Positions 34,900-37,228 of a stretch of DNA of 37,228 nt are shown here, piece after piece. The notes under the pieces are model-generated. The model was not told the DNA's origin and made no database searches. It saw nothing but the letters and a program-made list of their open reading frames with translations. The DNA comes from a virus (lineage: Duplodnaviria; Caudoviricetes): positions 1 through 37,228 of IMG/VR virus record IMGVR_UViG_3300044806_000242; one strand, given 5' to 3'. The position numbers and the translations under genes are program-made. Position 1 is the stretch's first letter. Each line of letters begins with the position of its first letter.

Positions 34900-35638
34900 C
34901 GTCCTGACGGCGCAGATGCGGGAGCTGGCTACCAAGAGCTACCCGAACGAAGCGTGCGGGCTGATCGTCTCTACAGGCCGCTTTGCGAGTCTGTCTGAGT
35001 GCAAGAACATCTCTCCAGAGCCAAGAACCCAATTCATCATCGACCCCAAAGACTACGCCGCCGCAGAAGACGCGGGCGATGTGATCGGGGTGTGGCATTC
35101 TCATGTGGACGAGCCTGGAACCCCTTCAGAGGCAGATAAGGCCAGTTGCGAGGCTACCGAGCTGCCTTGGTTCATCACCGAGATCAGGAAGACCGACGCA
35201 GGCTTCACAACCGAACAGCCAGTCCTGCTGGAGCCAAGCGGATACCAGGCCGAGTACCTTGGCAGACCCTACGTTTTCGGCAGTTTTGACTGTTGGTCGC
35301 TCTGCGTGGACTACTACCACAGAGAGTACAACATCAAACTCCCGCTCCTGATGCATCAAAGAATCGATACTTGGTGGGACAAGGGGTTGGACTTCTTCGA
35401 TGAAGCAATAAATTCAGAATTGGGCAGTCAGTTCGTAAAAATACAGAATAACGACTATCTGCCAGGGGACTTGATTCTGTTCTCAATCAATGCAAACGTC
35501 ACTAATCACATTGCTATTTATCTCGGGGATGATATAATTTTGCATCATGTCCTCAATAGACTGTCTCGCAGGGACACTTATGGGGTTTTTTGGGGAAAGT
35601 TCAAGACGCACCATTTCAGACACAGGTCAAAATGCTAA
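34889..35638 (+). CDS. Tail assembly protein, lambda gpK-like (JAB plus NlpC/P60)
   Basis: PNEACG, HSH...PS..D, DCWSL, NHIAIYLG...ILHH. Confidence 0.95.
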   Translation: MHDSVLTAQMRELATKSYPNEACGLIVSTGRFASLSECKNISPEPRTQFIIDPKDYAAAEDAGDVIGVWHSHVDEPGTPSEADKASCEATELPWFITEIRKTDAGFTTEQPVLLEPSGYQAEYLGRPYVFGSFDCWSLCVDYYHREYNIKLPLLMHQRIDTWWDKGLDFFDEAINSELGSQFVKIQNNDYLPGDLILFSINANVTNHIAIYLGDDIILHHVLNRLSRRDTYGVFWGKFKTHHFRHRSKC

Positions 35639-36243
35639 CAACGATTCAACTCGATGGCGTCATGGGGCGCAAGTTTGGCAAAAGCTGGGAGCTGGACATC
35701 AATTCCCCAGCGGAAGCCCTGCGTCTAATCGAGGCGAATCAGCCAGGCTTGAAGTCCTGGATCATCCAAAACATCGACACCTATAAAGCGTATCAAGTCA
35801 CTTGCGTGTACGAGAACGGAACCGAGGGCGTTCTGTCAGAAGAAGAGTACGGAATGCATCGACAGGTGAAATCCATTCGCTTTACCCCAATCGTATCAGG
35901 CTCAGGTGGTGGAGGTGGAGGTGGCGTTATGCAGGTCGTCATAGGCGCGGCGTTGATCGTGGCCGCGTTTGTCGCACCATTCACACCATTTGCCGCCGCG
36001 TCTCCATACTTGTACGCGATGGGCGCGACCATGATCTTGGGCGGTATTGTCCAAATGCTCAGTCCAAGACCTAGTAAGGCGAACACACAGTCATCCTCAG
36101 ATGGTAGTGTGAACTCCAACTACTTTGACGGCCCCGTTAACACCGAGATGCAAGGCAATCCTGTGCCATTGATCTACGGACGAGTGCTCACAGGATCACA
36201 CCCGATTTCAGCATCCATAACTATTGACGAGGCGACCGCTTAA
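35632..36243 (+). CDS. Tail assembly protein, lambda gpI-like
   Basis: L.G.MG.KFG, SPAEALR, FDGPVNT..QG.PVPLIYG. Confidence 0.93.
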   Translation: MLTTIQLDGVMGRKFGKSWELDINSPAEALRLIEANQPGLKSWIIQNIDTYKAYQVTCVYENGTEGVLSEEEYGMHRQVKSIRFTPIVSGSGGGGGGGVMQVVIGAALIVAAFVAPFTPFAAASPYLYAMGATMILGGIVQMLSPRPSKANTQSSSDGSVNSNYFDGPVNTEMQGNPVPLIYGRVLTGSHPISASITIDEATA

Positions 36244-37228
36244 TGTCTACTGAAGAACGCGACTCGTTACGCTCGAAAGCCGTACTAAACATTGTCGACT
36301 TGATCGGTGAAGGTCAGATCGGCGGTTTAGTCAACGGCAATCAATCGGTTTTCTTGAACGATACACCGCTCCAGAACCCAGACGGAACATTCAACTTTCA
36401 AGGTATCAAGACGGACTTTCGAAATGGAACAAACACCCAATCCCCGCTGTCTATTGGCAACACATACGTAGAAGCGCCCTTTAGCGCAGGGGTCAAGGTC
36501 ACAAAGGGTACGCCATACACACTCACGGTAAACAGCCCAGAGGCGGACTCTATCCGCATGATTGTGAACATTCCTTCACTAATGTACACCAACTCCACAA
36601 ATGGAGACATGAGCGGAACAACTGTTCAGTACAAGTTTGCAATCTCGGTCAATGGCGGAGCGTTCAACGATGTCACATCGGGAAACGAATGGGTAGCAAG
36701 CTCAAACTGGACAACCGAATCAGGAATGCTGGTAGCAGTTCGAAACAATGGCGGTTTGGGAATCAAAGCAACAGCCAAGGGCAATTCCATCGACGGCGGA
36801 GCAGGCTCGATGATTGTTCAGCCTCAAGACTTCAGCGGAGGAGCATGGCGTAACGTCGGCCCACAAAAGCGTATCTCTGTTGACATCGTGACTGACTGGG
36901 ACTACTACCACTCCTTCCCTCAGAGAGTGGTAGCTGACGAGGTAAGCATCGTGTCTTACGAGACAAAGGTTCGCTTCTTGGTGATTTCAAAGAGCAATAC
37001 TTCTGGCACTGGCGATATTGGCATGGTGCCATTGAGCCAAGAGTCCTACATGGGCACAAGCGTGATTACCGTAAGTGGCAAGAGTCGCTCGAAATATCAA
37101 CGCAACCACATATTGAAACTGCCTCGTCCAGCAAACTCTATTAGAGTTCGCATGACTAGACTCACCGACGATACAACGTCTACCTATTTGAGCAACGACA
37201 CCTATCTGGATTCATATTCGGAAATCGT
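36243..37228 (+). CDS. Central tail tip / host specificity protein, lambda gpJ-like (3' truncated; absent from the ORF track)
   Basis: ATG 36243 reads MSTEERDSLRSKAVLNIVDLIGEGQIGGL...FLNDTP...GKSRSKYQR...RVRMTRLT; open to the window end. Confidence 0.93.
   Translation, partial: MSTEERDSLRSKAVLNIVDLIGEGQIGGLVNGNQSVFLNDTPLQNPDGTFNFQGIKTDFRNGTNTQSPLSIGNTYVEAPFSAGVKVTKGTPYTLTVNSPEADSIRMIVNIPSLMYTNSTNGDMSGTTVQYKFAISVNGGAFNDVTSGNEWVASSNWTTESGMLVAVRNNGGLGIKATAKGNSIDGGAGSMIVQPQDFSGGAWRNVGPQKRISVDIVTDWDYYHSFPQRVVADEVSIVSYETKVRFLVISKSNTSGTGDIGMVPLSQESYMGTSVITVSGKSRSKYQRNHILKLPRPANSIRVRMTRLTDDTTSTYLSNDTYLDSYSEI

Overview
A 37 kb stretch of a long-tailed (siphovirus-type) dsDNA phage or phage-plasmid. 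From memory (no search was run), its gene order resembles SSU5/pHCM2-type elements. Right part (13.5-37.2 kb, + strand): two ParB-N genes, a NUMOD4-HNH endonuclease, an HExxH protein, a soluble ABC ATPase and a GNAT/Mom-like protein, then terminase, portal, scaffold, capsid, head-tail joining genes, tail tube, a frameshifted tail chaperone, tape measure and lambda-like gpM/L/K/I/J (J cut by the window edge). A divergent SF2 helicase and a tRNA-Leu-like gene lie at 11.2-13.5 kb. The left part (1-11 kb) is the unusual one. It holds short early-type genes, each cassette driven by a copy of one conserved sigma70 promoter, and three related putative winged-helix proteins sharing a T-x-S/A-x-Q-A motif. 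It also has a signal-dense 5.8-10.9 kb zone: 20 CCTAGG palindromes, CTATAAG clusters, a polypurine tract, Fur-like boxes, a gene strongly depleted of GG/CC dinucleotides and phased CCTTATACAGCC repeats. An AGTCA-N4-TGACT operator recurs at early and late promoters. My main inference is that the virion terminus lies near 10.7 kb, with a first-ejected module on its left and packaging signals plus a packaging-linked DNA-modification cassette on its right.
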